From a virus, in the IMG/VR virus record IMGVR_UViG_3300027917_000034, positions 1 to 64,000 of that record: 64,000 bases of DNA; one strand, 5' to 3'. Below the pieces are notes generated by a model. That model was not told the origin of the DNA. It made no database searches and saw nothing but the letters and a program-made list of their open reading frames with translations. A program made the translations under genes and the position numbers. Position 1 is the stretch's first letter. Each line of letters begins with the position of its first letter. Below are positions 23,826-32,715 of this stretch, piece by piece.

Positions 23826-24092
23826 GTGGAGGCTCGACCTCAACACGCTCTTGAGGACCGGGCGCTCCTGGCGGAGATTGCCAGGGCGCTCGTAGATGCG
23901 CCCATTCACGTTCGCGTGGAGGAAGAAGACCAGGGATCGAAGCTGGTCCTCTACCTCTACGTGCTCCCTTCCGACCGGGGGCGGATCATCGGCAAGCGAG
24001 GCCGCACCATCCGCGCCCTGCGTCAACTGTTCTCAGCCATCGGCATGGCAGACGGCCGGCAGGTCGTTGTCGAGGTAGACGAATCCGATTGA
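23826..24092 (+). CDS. KH-domain RNA-binding protein (KhpA-like)
   Basis: 'ALVD.P..V.V', 'DRGRIIGKRGRTIRALR' GxxG loop. Confidence 0.88.
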   Translation: MEARPQHALEDRALLAEIARALVDAPIHVRVEEEDQGSKLVLYLYVLPSDRGRIIGKRGRTIRALRQLFSAIGMADGRQVVVEVDESD

Positions 24093-24117
24093 CAATCGCA
24101 CCCCTTTATGGTACAAA
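24089..24117 (+). promoter_or_regulatory. sigma70-like promoter
   Basis: TTGACA-17-TACAAA with TGG extension. Confidence 0.65.
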
Positions 24118-24187
24118 AGGGATGTGAATCGGGCATTGTGGCCGGGGCACGGTTGCCCCCGCCCGCTGCTAGAAGGAGAGGAAGACC

Positions 24188-24763
24188 ATGACGTTCGATG
24201 AAGCGATCCACACGTATGTCGAGTCCCTGTTGACGGGCGACCTCATGACCGCCGACGCGGAGACGGCCAACGTCGAGTCCGTGGTCCAGGCATGGGTTCT
24301 CCTGAAGTACACCCAGGACCGTATCGAGGCTCGCCTGAAGGGCCTGCGGAACGTGCTTCTGGACCGCGCCGAGGAATTCGGCAAGTCCACCGAGAAGGGA
24401 GGGAACAAGCTCTCGGTCGATGGCACCGTCGTCCTGCGGGAGAAGCGGGTCGCGGCGCTCCCCGAGGAGAAGGGGCTCCGGGCTCTCCTAGAGGACCGAG
24501 GGATCAAGCCGACTGAGGCGTTCTCCAAGGTCACGAAAGTCGTCCTGGACGCCTCCAAGGTCCAGGCGCTCGTGGACCTGGGGAAGTTGCCCGAGGACAA
24601 GGTGCAGGCGCTCAAGAAGGTCACGTGGGCTCTCCGCGTGAAGGAGTCGTTCGAGTTGGCCGAAGCCCTCGACGCGATCGTCGGTGAAGCCGGCGAAGAG
24701 ATCGTGGAGAAGGCCCCCCGCGCCAAGCGCTCCAAGCCGTCCGGCTCTCGAAAGGGGGAGTGA
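24188..24763 (+). CDS. hypothetical phage protein
   Basis: Strong RBS; 191 aa. Confidence 0.7.
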   Translation: MTFDEAIHTYVESLLTGDLMTADAETANVESVVQAWVLLKYTQDRIEARLKGLRNVLLDRAEEFGKSTEKGGNKLSVDGTVVLREKRVAALPEEKGLRALLEDRGIKPTEAFSKVTKVVLDASKVQALVDLGKLPEDKVQALKKVTWALRVKESFELAEALDAIVGEAGEEIVEKAPRAKRSKPSGSRKGE

Positions 24764-24764
24764 C

Positions 24765-25604
24765 ATGGGCGACATGACCGTCGAGAGGCTTCCGAGCAGC
24801 GCGTTCGCACCGAAGACCGACCTCGTGTACGAGGATGTGAACAAGCTCCTCCCACTGTTCGACCAGATCGCCTTCAAGGCCAACCTCATCCTCGTCGGTC
24901 CGAAGGGCGTGGCGAAGACGCTCTCGATCGCCTCGTGGGCCGCGTCCAACGACTGCCCCATCGTCACGTTCGACTGCTCCGAGGACGTGCGCCGGGCACA
25001 CCTGCTCGGCATGTTCACGCTCCGGGGCGACGAGTCGCCATTCGTGCTCGGCCCGCTGCCGACCGCCATCGAAGTCGCGAACGAGGTGGGCCGGTGTGTC
25101 CTCTGCCTGGAGGAGATCAACGCGCTCACTCCCAGCGTCCAGAAGATGCTGAATGCGATCGGAGATTACCGGCGGCGCATCGAGGTGCCCGAGTGCCAGC
25201 GCGTGTTCGAGTTGGACCCGAAGGCGAAACTGTGGCTCTGCGGGACCATGAACACGAGCGTCTACGGCGGCGTCTACGAGTTGAACGAGGACTTGAAGTC
25301 CCGGTTCCGCATGCTGCCGGTCGGCTACCCGGGCAAGGGCGAAGAGACGCGCATCCTGAAGGCGTGCGTCGGCAACGGGGTGAAGAAGGAGACGGTCAAG
25401 GACATCCTCACCCTCGCGCACGAGACGCGCCAGAAGTCGCTGGCCTACTCGCTCTCGCCTCGTGACACGGTGCAGATCTTGGAGGACGTCGGCCACTGCG
25501 GTCTGGAGAGCGCTCTGTTGCTCGCCAGCGGCAAATTCGAGGGCCAGGACAGGGACTTCTTCCTGACCCGCGTGTCGTCGGTCTTCGGCATCACACTGAA
25601 GTAG
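24765..25604 (+). CDS. MoxR/CbbQ/NirQ-family AAA+ ATPase
   Basis: Walker A GPKGVAKT, Walker B LCLEEIN, 'GTMN', 'EDLKSRF', 'SPR'. Confidence 0.88.
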   Translation: MGDMTVERLPSSAFAPKTDLVYEDVNKLLPLFDQIAFKANLILVGPKGVAKTLSIASWAASNDCPIVTFDCSEDVRRAHLLGMFTLRGDESPFVLGPLPTAIEVANEVGRCVLCLEEINALTPSVQKMLNAIGDYRRRIEVPECQRVFELDPKAKLWLCGTMNTSVYGGVYELNEDLKSRFRMLPVGYPGKGEETRILKACVGNGVKKETVKDILTLAHETRQKSLAYSLSPRDTVQILEDVGHCGLESALLLASGKFEGQDRDFFLTRVSSVFGITLK

Positions 25605-25614
25605 CGGGGGCGCC

Positions 25615-27585
25615 ATGTCTGAGATCGACGTTGACGCCCTCATGGGCGCAGAAGTGGAGACCTCTACCAAGGCGCTCTGCTACAAGACGGTTGACGTGTT
25701 CGCCGGGATAGTGGACCGCAAGCTCTGGCTCAAGGACGCCCCGCACGGCCAACCCCAGACGAACGGCTTCCTGATCGAAGTGCCTTTCTCGCACCCCCGC
25801 GCGTACCAGTACACGGAGCACGAGATCAGCCACATCCTCTTCCAGTCCGATTTCCTGGCGAAGCAGAAATTCATCGAAGAGTACAGCCAGAAGATCGGGC
25901 AGGTCGCGAAGAAGGCCGGGGCTCCGATCAACGAACGGATGCTTCGCGCCGGGCTGGACGGGATCATCGGTGTGCTGGACGACGAGCGGGTCATCTCGCT
26001 CTGGGGGCTGCTCTATCGAGGCTCCGAGGCCATCATGCGCCACATGAAGGCCGAGGAAGCAGTGCCCCACATGGGCCGGGCTCACGAGGACTTCATCACC
26101 CTGCTCCTGTGCGTGGCGAGCGGCAACGACGTGCCTCCGGGAAAGCTCGACCGATTCGTCCCGTACATGCTGGAGGCGCTGCGGAAGGTGCACCTGCGGG
26201 ACTACTTCGGCTGCCTCGTGACCGCGAAGTGGCTCATCGTCCAACTGGTCTCCGAGATCATCCGGAAGTCGAGGGGCGAAGACCCTCCCCCGCTGCCCTC
26301 ATTCCAGCCCGGAGCCGGACAGGGCGGGGCCTTCGGGTCTCAGGGTGCCCCTGGGGGCCTCCAGGACGGCTCTGGAGACGAGGAGCCGCCATCTATGCCC
26401 TGGGAGGCGGACGGAGCCTCAGAGGGCTCTGAGGCCCCTTCTGGGGGCCACGGAGAGGCTGCCTGGGAGCCGCCCGAGGTCCAGGCCGGTCTGGAGGACC
26501 GCTCCAAGGCCATGCAGGACGTGATCGATGGGCTCGGCAAGGCACCCTCGAACATCACGAGCGAGGTGGTCGAGGGCAAATTCAAGCGGCGGGGTGAAGA
26601 GGCCGCAGCCAACCGCCGGGCTCGTGCGGCGATCAACGCGGACGTGAAGGATTCGAGCAAGTTGGAGGACGCGCTGGAGATTTCGGCCGGGCAGATGTTC
26701 CGCATCGTGGACAAGGCCCGCCACGCGACCAAGAACGCGCCGAATCACGACGACCGCATCCGGCACGAGAGCTACGCCAAGGTCGTCTTCAAGGACGTGA
26801 ACCCTTCGGAGCACCGCGACCCTCACGCGAAGCTGGACGATGGGAGGGACGACGACACCGTGGCCCGGCTCCGCGCTCTGTTCCACCGGGTCATGGGCCG
26901 GCGTGTCAACGCGCTGGAGGAAGCTGGTTCGCAGATCGACATTCCGGCCTACATCGAACGCCGGATGACGAACGAGCCGCTGCCCGTCTTCCGCGTGGAC
27001 CGCTTCGGCCGTGGGTTCCGCACCCTCATCCTCGTGGACCGCTCCTCGTCCATGTCCGGCCGCCGCACGGCGCAAGCGGAGAGAGCTTGCAGGGTCATCA
27101 CCCGGGCGCTGGACTTCCCGTTCGTCACGCGCTCCGTCTGGGGCTTCCAGTCCTGGAAGGAAGGGCAGGTGGACATCACGCGGTTCCGGGCCGGGCAAGA
27201 GGTGTTCGAGTCGGAGTCGGCAGCAGTCGGCGGCGTCACTCCTCTCCACACGGCCATCCGAGTCGCCCTGAAAGAGTTGGAGGACGGCACGGACCGGAAG
27301 CACCTGTTCGTGATCAGCGATGGCTTCCCCGTCTTCGCTCGAAAGGACGGCGCGCACTTCGGGACCAAGACGCTCATGGGGTTCGTCCGAGGCAACGTCA
27401 TGAGCGCCCGCGCGAAGGGCATGGGCGTCACCGGGGTCATGATTGGACGCGACCTGCCGGCCAAGTCCATGTCGTTCATGTTCGGCCCGTCGAAATACTG
27501 GCGCATCATGGGTGAGGACTCTTTCGGCAACGACCTCGTTCAACTGGTGACGGGCGCCTTTGTCGAGTACCTGAAGTCGAGGTGA
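25615..27585 (+). CDS. vWA-domain partner of the AAA+ ATPase (CobT/NorD-like) with N-terminal HExxH
   Basis: MIDAS DRSSSMS, 'GGVTP', 'ISDG'; 'HEISH'. Confidence 0.85.
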   Translation: MSEIDVDALMGAEVETSTKALCYKTVDVFAGIVDRKLWLKDAPHGQPQTNGFLIEVPFSHPRAYQYTEHEISHILFQSDFLAKQKFIEEYSQKIGQVAKKAGAPINERMLRAGLDGIIGVLDDERVISLWGLLYRGSEAIMRHMKAEEAVPHMGRAHEDFITLLLCVASGNDVPPGKLDRFVPYMLEALRKVHLRDYFGCLVTAKWLIVQLVSEIIRKSRGEDPPPLPSFQPGAGQGGAFGSQGAPGGLQDGSGDEEPPSMPWEADGASEGSEAPSGGHGEAAWEPPEVQAGLEDRSKAMQDVIDGLGKAPSNITSEVVEGKFKRRGEEAAANRRARAAINADVKDSSKLEDALEISAGQMFRIVDKARHATKNAPNHDDRIRHESYAKVVFKDVNPSEHRDPHAKLDDGRDDDTVARLRALFHRVMGRRVNALEEAGSQIDIPAYIERRMTNEPLPVFRVDRFGRGFRTLILVDRSSSMSGRRTAQAERACRVITRALDFPFVTRSVWGFQSWKEGQVDITRFRAGQEVFESESAAVGGVTPLHTAIRVALKELEDGTDRKHLFVISDGFPVFARKDGAHFGTKTLMGFVRGNVMSARAKGMGVTGVMIGRDLPAKSMSFMFGPSKYWRIMGEDSFGNDLVQLVTGAFVEYLKSR

Positions 27586-28073
27586 CGATGGGGCGGGCGA
27601 GGAAAGGGAAGAAACAAGCTCCGGCCAAGGGGCGGACCGTCTACGAGGGGCCTGTGGGCCGCTGTCCGTGCTGCGACAAGCCGACAGAGGTGCGTCTGGG
27701 GAGCACGCTCGGCATGCCGGAGCCGGCAGGCTGGACGGTCCCTGCCGACGTCCTGGCAAGGCTCTACAGGGCCGTGGCGACCCGTATCCAGGAGAAGGGT
27801 GGGAAGCTGTACGTGACCGACCCTTCGGAGTACGACGCCACGCGCCGGGCGAAGCTGTTCTTTGTGGACGGCGACGACGGCATCGCTGGCCCCTTCGGGC
27901 AACTCGGTCTGAAGGTCTTCCTCGGCTCGCACTTCGGGGAGGACCACGCCGACAACATCCATGTCTACGTCGTGACGACGACGCACCGGGCACTGGCTCG
28001 CATCCGAGAGTCGCCCTACGCGAAAGAGCAGGACGACCCCGGTGATCTCGACGGCTCGGCCGACCTGTTCTAG
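27582..28073 (+). CDS. hypothetical protein
   Basis: Coupled ORF with CPCC. Confidence 0.6.
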   Translation: MTMGRARKGKKQAPAKGRTVYEGPVGRCPCCDKPTEVRLGSTLGMPEPAGWTVPADVLARLYRAVATRIQEKGGKLYVTDPSEYDATRRAKLFFVDGDDGIAGPFGQLGLKVFLGSHFGEDHADNIHVYVVTTTHRALARIRESPYAKEQDDPGDLDGSADLF

Positions 28074-28076
28074 GCT

Positions 28077-28091
28077 GCGACCAGTGGTCGC
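28077..28091. promoter_or_regulatory. palindrome GCGACCAGTGGTCGC, copy 3
   Basis: Identical intergenic palindrome, extending to TGCGACCAGTGGTCGCA. Confidence 0.7.
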
Positions 28092-28093
28092 AA

Positions 28094-28810
28094 ATGGAGG
28101 TAGGCATGTCTTGGTTCAAGAAACCGATCAACATCGGCATCACCATCGGAGCAGCCATCCTGGCCGTGGTCGCCATCGTCCTGATCGTCTGGGGAGTGAC
28201 ACATCACACCGAAGGCGGCATGCTAGAAGTTTGCTGGTCCGCCGATGGGCGGGCTCAGTATGTGGCAGGCTCGGAGGATGACGATGGCCCATGTGAGGGG
28301 GCTCAAGAATTTCGTTGGCCGCAGGAGCAGATACCGCTCACCCTCGCGCCCGTCACGTCTGAGGGACAACTGCTGGGAGCGGACGCGCCTCAAGTCCGCG
28401 TGCTCGGACAGGCCGTCACCGACCTCAATCGTCAAGTCGGATTTGAGTTGTTTCGGGTGGGAACCGGACTACAGCCCTCCGACGCGGAAGTCCGATTTGG
28501 TGGAGCGTTTCTTGGCGGTCCGGAGAGAGCCGACTCCCCGCCGCCCGGACACGTCACCCACTTCCGGCTGGGCGGAACATCCACATACCGAGGCCACGTG
28601 TGGATACGGGCAGACGTGGGGTCCGTCGATCGTCTTCTATACCTTGTCCTCGAACACGAATTGCTCCATCTCGCCGGGCTAGCCCACGACGACTTCACAG
28701 CGTCGATCATGTACCCCCTCACGCGCGAGGATTGGGACCAGGAAGTCATGTCCACCGCGCACGTAACCGACCAGGATCGCAGTAATCTCCAACGACTCTA
28801 CCGCCGGTAG
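28094..28810 (+). CDS. membrane-anchored metzincin (matrixin-like) metallopeptidase
   Basis: HELLHLAGLAH zinc motif plus Met-turn SIMYP; N-terminal transmembrane helix. Confidence 0.88.
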   Translation: MEVGMSWFKKPINIGITIGAAILAVVAIVLIVWGVTHHTEGGMLEVCWSADGRAQYVAGSEDDDGPCEGAQEFRWPQEQIPLTLAPVTSEGQLLGADAPQVRVLGQAVTDLNRQVGFELFRVGTGLQPSDAEVRFGGAFLGGPERADSPPPGHVTHFRLGGTSTYRGHVWIRADVGSVDRLLYLVLEHELLHLAGLAHDDFTASIMYPLTREDWDQEVMSTAHVTDQDRSNLQRLYRR

Positions 28811-28857
28811 TGAGTGATCTTGACTAGACACCCGTTAGCTGGTATGGAGGACACCAG

Positions 28858-29184
28858 ATGAAGGCTCTGAGAGGCATGAGCAAGGCCGACACCTTGCGGC
28901 TGGCCGAGATCGAACACTACGTCGCGACGGGCAAGCGCCCGGACGACTTGCACGTGACCGACGAGTGGGTAGACGAGGCCATGAAATTCCTCGCAGGCGA
29001 GCTACGCCCGACCATCGACGCATGGGGTGAGGCCGCCGACGAGCAGGAGCGGGAGGCCATGGTCGCCATGGAGGCTCGGAAGCTGTGCCGGCTGTGGAGA
29101 AAGGGCGTGAACGGGGAGCAACGGGAGGCCGCTTTCAAGAGCCTCGACAAGGCAATCCAGAACGCAGAGGCCGCCCGGAAGTAG
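28858..29184 (+). CDS. hypothetical protein
   Basis: GGAGG RBS. Confidence 0.6.
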   Translation: MKALRGMSKADTLRLAEIEHYVATGKRPDDLHVTDEWVDEAMKFLAGELRPTIDAWGEAADEQEREAMVAMEARKLCRLWRKGVNGEQREAAFKSLDKAIQNAEAARK

Positions 29185-29308
29185 CAAGATCGGCTATCCC
29201 TGTGCTATGTTCTGCGACCGTGATTGAAGCCTTGCACACCGATCTTTCCCCAGACATCGAGTAGCGACGACTGACCCCGGTGTGCCGGGCTCAGAAGGGA
29301 GGTAGCCA

Positions 29309-30394
29309 ATGGCTACGTGGAGCGGCTTGTCGAGAAAACTCAGGGGGGCGGCGGTGATCGGAGCCATCCTGGTCGCTGTTGCGGCTGGGGCGTCCGTGAC
29401 CCCTTTCCTCATCTCCTGCGAAGACACTGCGGAGGCTGGGGAGACCACCTGGGAGGAGCGGCGCCAGAAGGTGAGGGAGAGGCGAGCGAAAGAGGCCGCC
29501 GACTTCCGCCTGCGATGGGAGCAACGCGAACAGGCGTGGGAGGAGCGCCGGGCGAAGCAACTGGCCGAGGACGAGGCGCGGAGAGCGCGGTGGGAGAGGG
29601 AGCTTGCGAAGGCGCCGCCCCAAAAGCGTGTCCGCCGTGTCCGCCGGTTCCGGTGGGAGAGCCCAGCCGAGACGCGGGGCAAGGTCTGGAATGTGCCTGT
29701 CGAGGAGACCGTGGAGTCGCTGGAGACGGCCCTGCTCCGGGTGTGCATAGCCGAGGCCGATGGCAACCCGCAGGACTGCGCCGGCATCTGGCAGGTGATC
29801 AAGAGCAACCGTCGCCGGTCGTGCGACCGAGGGATGATCCGCCGAATCACGGAGTGCGTGGACGGCGAGGGCGAGACCTACCTCTCCGCCATCCGTCGCC
29901 ACCAGCGCCACGTGCTCGGGATGATCAAGGCCCGCAACCAACGCGCGACGTGGGTGAGAAATCTCACCACGGACTGTGAGATGCCAGAGGGGTGGCCCGC
30001 CAGCCGAGAGCGGTGGGACTCGCAGTACGGCACCAAGACCTGCCCGCAGACCGTGGCCGACGTTCGCCGGCTACTCGCCGGGAAGTTGCCCGAGTCGAGG
30101 CCGGGAGCCCGCGTCCGATGGCTGCCAGGCCGCCCCGTGACGTGGGGAGGTCGCTGCGAGACCGGCAGAGGGGCCTGTGACGACCGGATCGCCTGTGCCA
30201 GGGGTCTGGCTCGCATCCCGGGCACGGACACTCTGAATGCCTTCTGGTGCCGTCCAGGACGTGCCGGTTGCCCGGAGGATATCGACCCGATCTGCATTCA
30301 GATGGGGTATCCGAGCCGCCTGAAGGCGCCCGAGCCGGCCGAGACGGTGACGGCGATCGATCCCGTGGAGGAGCCCTCAGACGAAAACTCTTGA
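29309..30394 (+). CDS. secreted/membrane protein with possible SleB-like cell-wall hydrolase domain
   Basis: N-terminal hydrophobic segment; 'LLRVCIAEA.G......IWQVI..NR'; Cys-rich. Confidence 0.55.
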   Translation: MATWSGLSRKLRGAAVIGAILVAVAAGASVTPFLISCEDTAEAGETTWEERRQKVRERRAKEAADFRLRWEQREQAWEERRAKQLAEDEARRARWERELAKAPPQKRVRRVRRFRWESPAETRGKVWNVPVEETVESLETALLRVCIAEADGNPQDCAGIWQVIKSNRRRSCDRGMIRRITECVDGEGETYLSAIRRHQRHVLGMIKARNQRATWVRNLTTDCEMPEGWPASRERWDSQYGTKTCPQTVADVRRLLAGKLPESRPGARVRWLPGRPVTWGGRCETGRGACDDRIACARGLARIPGTDTLNAFWCRPGRAGCPEDIDPICIQMGYPSRLKAPEPAETVTAIDPVEEPSDENS

Positions 30395-30672
30395 CCTCGT
30401 GCTCCGAGGGGAGCAGTATCGTCCTCCGGTCTTGTGGAGGCCCACCACTAGACCGGGGAAAAAGGCATAGCTATGAAGCCTCTATGTGATATAGTCCGTT
30501 TCTGCACGAGCCCGCTTGGAGTACGGGTTCGGGGATTGGCGTTGGCGTAAGCCACGCCCAACGGCGCTCCAAGCGCCGACGTCACAATAGCTATGCGGTC
30601 CCCGTTCTCCGTTGGGCCTCCAAGTGGGCTCGTGCTTTTTTATGTGCGAGCCACAAGGGAGGAAGGTGGTTC

Positions 30673-32067
30673 GTGCGAGTCGGTCCCGAGCAATTCATCT
30701 ACCGCGACTTCGCGTTCATCGACGCGATGATCCTGCCCGTCGTCGGTCCCAAGACCGTCGCCATCTACGACGTCCTCCGTCGCTACATCTGGCGCGCATC
30801 CGACAAGGGGGCGAAGAGGTCGAGAGACGCCTTCAAGAAGGGAAAGCTCTCTGCCTCCATCACCCGTAGCAAGTTGGCCGAGATGTCTGGCGTCTCCGTC
30901 CGAACCGTCCAGCGCCATCTCAACCGGCTCCGGGATATCTCGTGGGTGCGCTGGGAGAGCGGGAACGGGACCGGGGAAACGGTCGTCTACGAGCTAGGCT
31001 TCCGCACCCCGGACGGGGCCGAGGTGTTCTACGCCGACGCCAGCGCCAGGAAGCTGTGGCTCGGCCTGGAAGAGTTGGCCGTGCAGAGTGAGGTGGAGCG
31101 GGTGAACGACCTGCCCTGCGATGTGCGCCTGGCATTCACCCGGGGGTGGTTCGACCCAGAGGGGGGTGGTGACAAAAATGTCACCAGGGAGGTGTCATCG
31201 GTGTCACCAGGGGTGGTGACAGAAATGGCACCTAGTAATAGAGAACCCTTCGGGGAAGAAATAGAGAAGGGTTCCGAATATGCTGGGCGCTCCGCGCCAA
31301 CACAGCCAACCGGCCCCGGACCAAAGCATTGGGACCAGCCCGCCGGACAAGAACGTAGAAGAAGGTCTCGGAAGAAGAAGGATCGAGAAACAAGTGGCGC
31401 CGAGTTTGCTATTGACTCTGCTCTTGACTCCAGGCAGGATGAAGAGGACAGGCTCGAACGCGCGGCGGCGGCCGGGAAGATCGGCAAGTCCAAGGCCGAC
31501 AAGCAACACGAGGCTGACGTGCGGCGGGCGCAGAGGCGGTTGGAGGAGAAGCGGACGGAGCAGGTGGAGAAGGGTCAGGCGAACGAGCAGCGAGCCAAGA
31601 ACCTGAAGGGCGGGACCAAGTACACGCACGCGGTACTGAAGGCGGCTCGTCGTGCGTGGGACGTCTACTCCGACCTGATCAGAAGTGACTTCCCCGGCAT
31701 GCCGGTGGTGAGGTGGAACGCGGATGGCAATGCGAAGGCGCGTGGTCAGATGTGTCGCCTCGTGGATATGTATGGTGGCGATGCCACGGTGCAAGCGATA
31801 CGCTATGTGGTAGGAAATTGGGACGCGATCAACAAGCGCTTCTTCAAAAAAGGGCCGGGGAGCGTTCCAAACTTCGGGCTGCTCCTGTCCATGCACGAGT
31901 CTCTGTTCCGAGAGTCGGCGCTGTGGGGGCAACACCGGGAGGTCGTGGAGGAGTGGGAGGCGTGGCAGCACGAGCACGAGGACGACGACGAGACGCCTCC
32001 CTCCGAGTTGCAGGGGCGCTATGAGCAGGCAAGGACAGCGTTGGAGTCTCTCGGGCTCGGGGGTTGA
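30673..32067 (+). CDS. replication initiator (N-terminal winged HTH)
   Basis: 'ITRSKLAEMSGVSVRTVQRHLNRL'; followed by DnaC-like and DnaB genes; internal iterons. Confidence 0.8.
   Translation: MRVGPEQFIYRDFAFIDAMILPVVGPKTVAIYDVLRRYIWRASDKGAKRSRDAFKKGKLSASITRSKLAEMSGVSVRTVQRHLNRLRDISWVRWESGNGTGETVVYELGFRTPDGAEVFYADASARKLWLGLEELAVQSEVERVNDLPCDVRLAFTRGWFDPEGGGDKNVTREVSSVSPGVVTEMAPSNREPFGEEIEKGSEYAGRSAPTQPTGPGPKHWDQPAGQERRRRSRKKKDRETSGAEFAIDSALDSRQDEEDRLERAAAAGKIGKSKADKQHEADVRRAQRRLEEKRTEQVEKGQANEQRAKNLKGGTKYTHAVLKAARRAWDVYSDLIRSDFPGMPVVRWNADGNAKARGQMCRLVDMYGGDATVQAIRYVVGNWDAINKRFFKKGPGSVPNFGLLLSMHESLFRESALWGQHREVVEEWEAWQHEHEDDDETPPSELQGRYEQARTALESLGLGG
31168..31232. repeat. three 18-bp palindromic iterons (putative origin of replication)
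   Basis: GGTGACAAAAATGTCACC, GGTGTCATCGGTGTCACC and GGTGACAGAAATGGCACC at 23-24 bp spacing, followed by an A-rich tract. Confidence 0.7.
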
Positions 32068-32085
32068 CGATGCCGGGAGGCCAGC

Positions 32086-32694
32086 ATGAGCGGCACCGCG
32101 CAATTCAGACGAAAGCTCGGTCGTGTAGACCTGGAGCGCATGAACCTGCCGGAAGACCTCTGGACGGCCAAGGTGCAGAACGTCAGCGAGGCGGTCCGGG
32201 AGAAGGTCGAGACGTACCTCCGGAACGTGGACGAGGCGGTGGCCAACGGTGCCGGGCTCGTCATCTACGGATCGAAGGGGGTTGGCAAGACGGCTATCGC
32301 TGCTCTCGCAGCGAAAGAGGCCCGGTCCCGGGGTTACACGGCCCTGTTCGTCCGCATCTGGGAGCTACGGGAGATGATCCGCTCCCGCATGGAATTCGAC
32401 ATGGACTCGTCCATGGCCGAGCGTGCCCGGGAGGTGGACGTGCTTGTCCTGGACGACCTTCGGCCGGAAGACGCTGGCGAGAAGTTTTTCACCCTCTCCG
32501 AGATCACAGAGATGGTCCGGTACAGGGCTTCTCGGAGGCGAGTGACGATCATCACGACACGGCTCGACAAGGGGGCGCTCACTGTGCCTCCCATGAATGG
32601 GCTGTTGGACGTCTTGCTCCTGTTCAAGGTGTCAGGCCCCGACCTGCACGACAGCCGGAAGCGAGCACTGAAAGAAGCGGTCCTGGGCAACTGA
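32086..32694 (+). CDS. DnaC/IstB-like ATPase (helicase loader)
   Basis: Walker A GSKGVGKT, Walker B VLVLDDL, 'TIITT'. Confidence 0.85.
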   Translation: MSGTAQFRRKLGRVDLERMNLPEDLWTAKVQNVSEAVREKVETYLRNVDEAVANGAGLVIYGSKGVGKTAIAALAAKEARSRGYTALFVRIWELREMIRSRMEFDMDSSMAERAREVDVLVLDDLRPEDAGEKFFTLSEITEMVRYRASRRRVTIITTRLDKGALTVPPMNGLLDVLLLFKVSGPDLHDSRKRALKEAVLGN

Positions 32695-32715
32695 GATCGT
32701 AGGCGGGGGTAGGGC

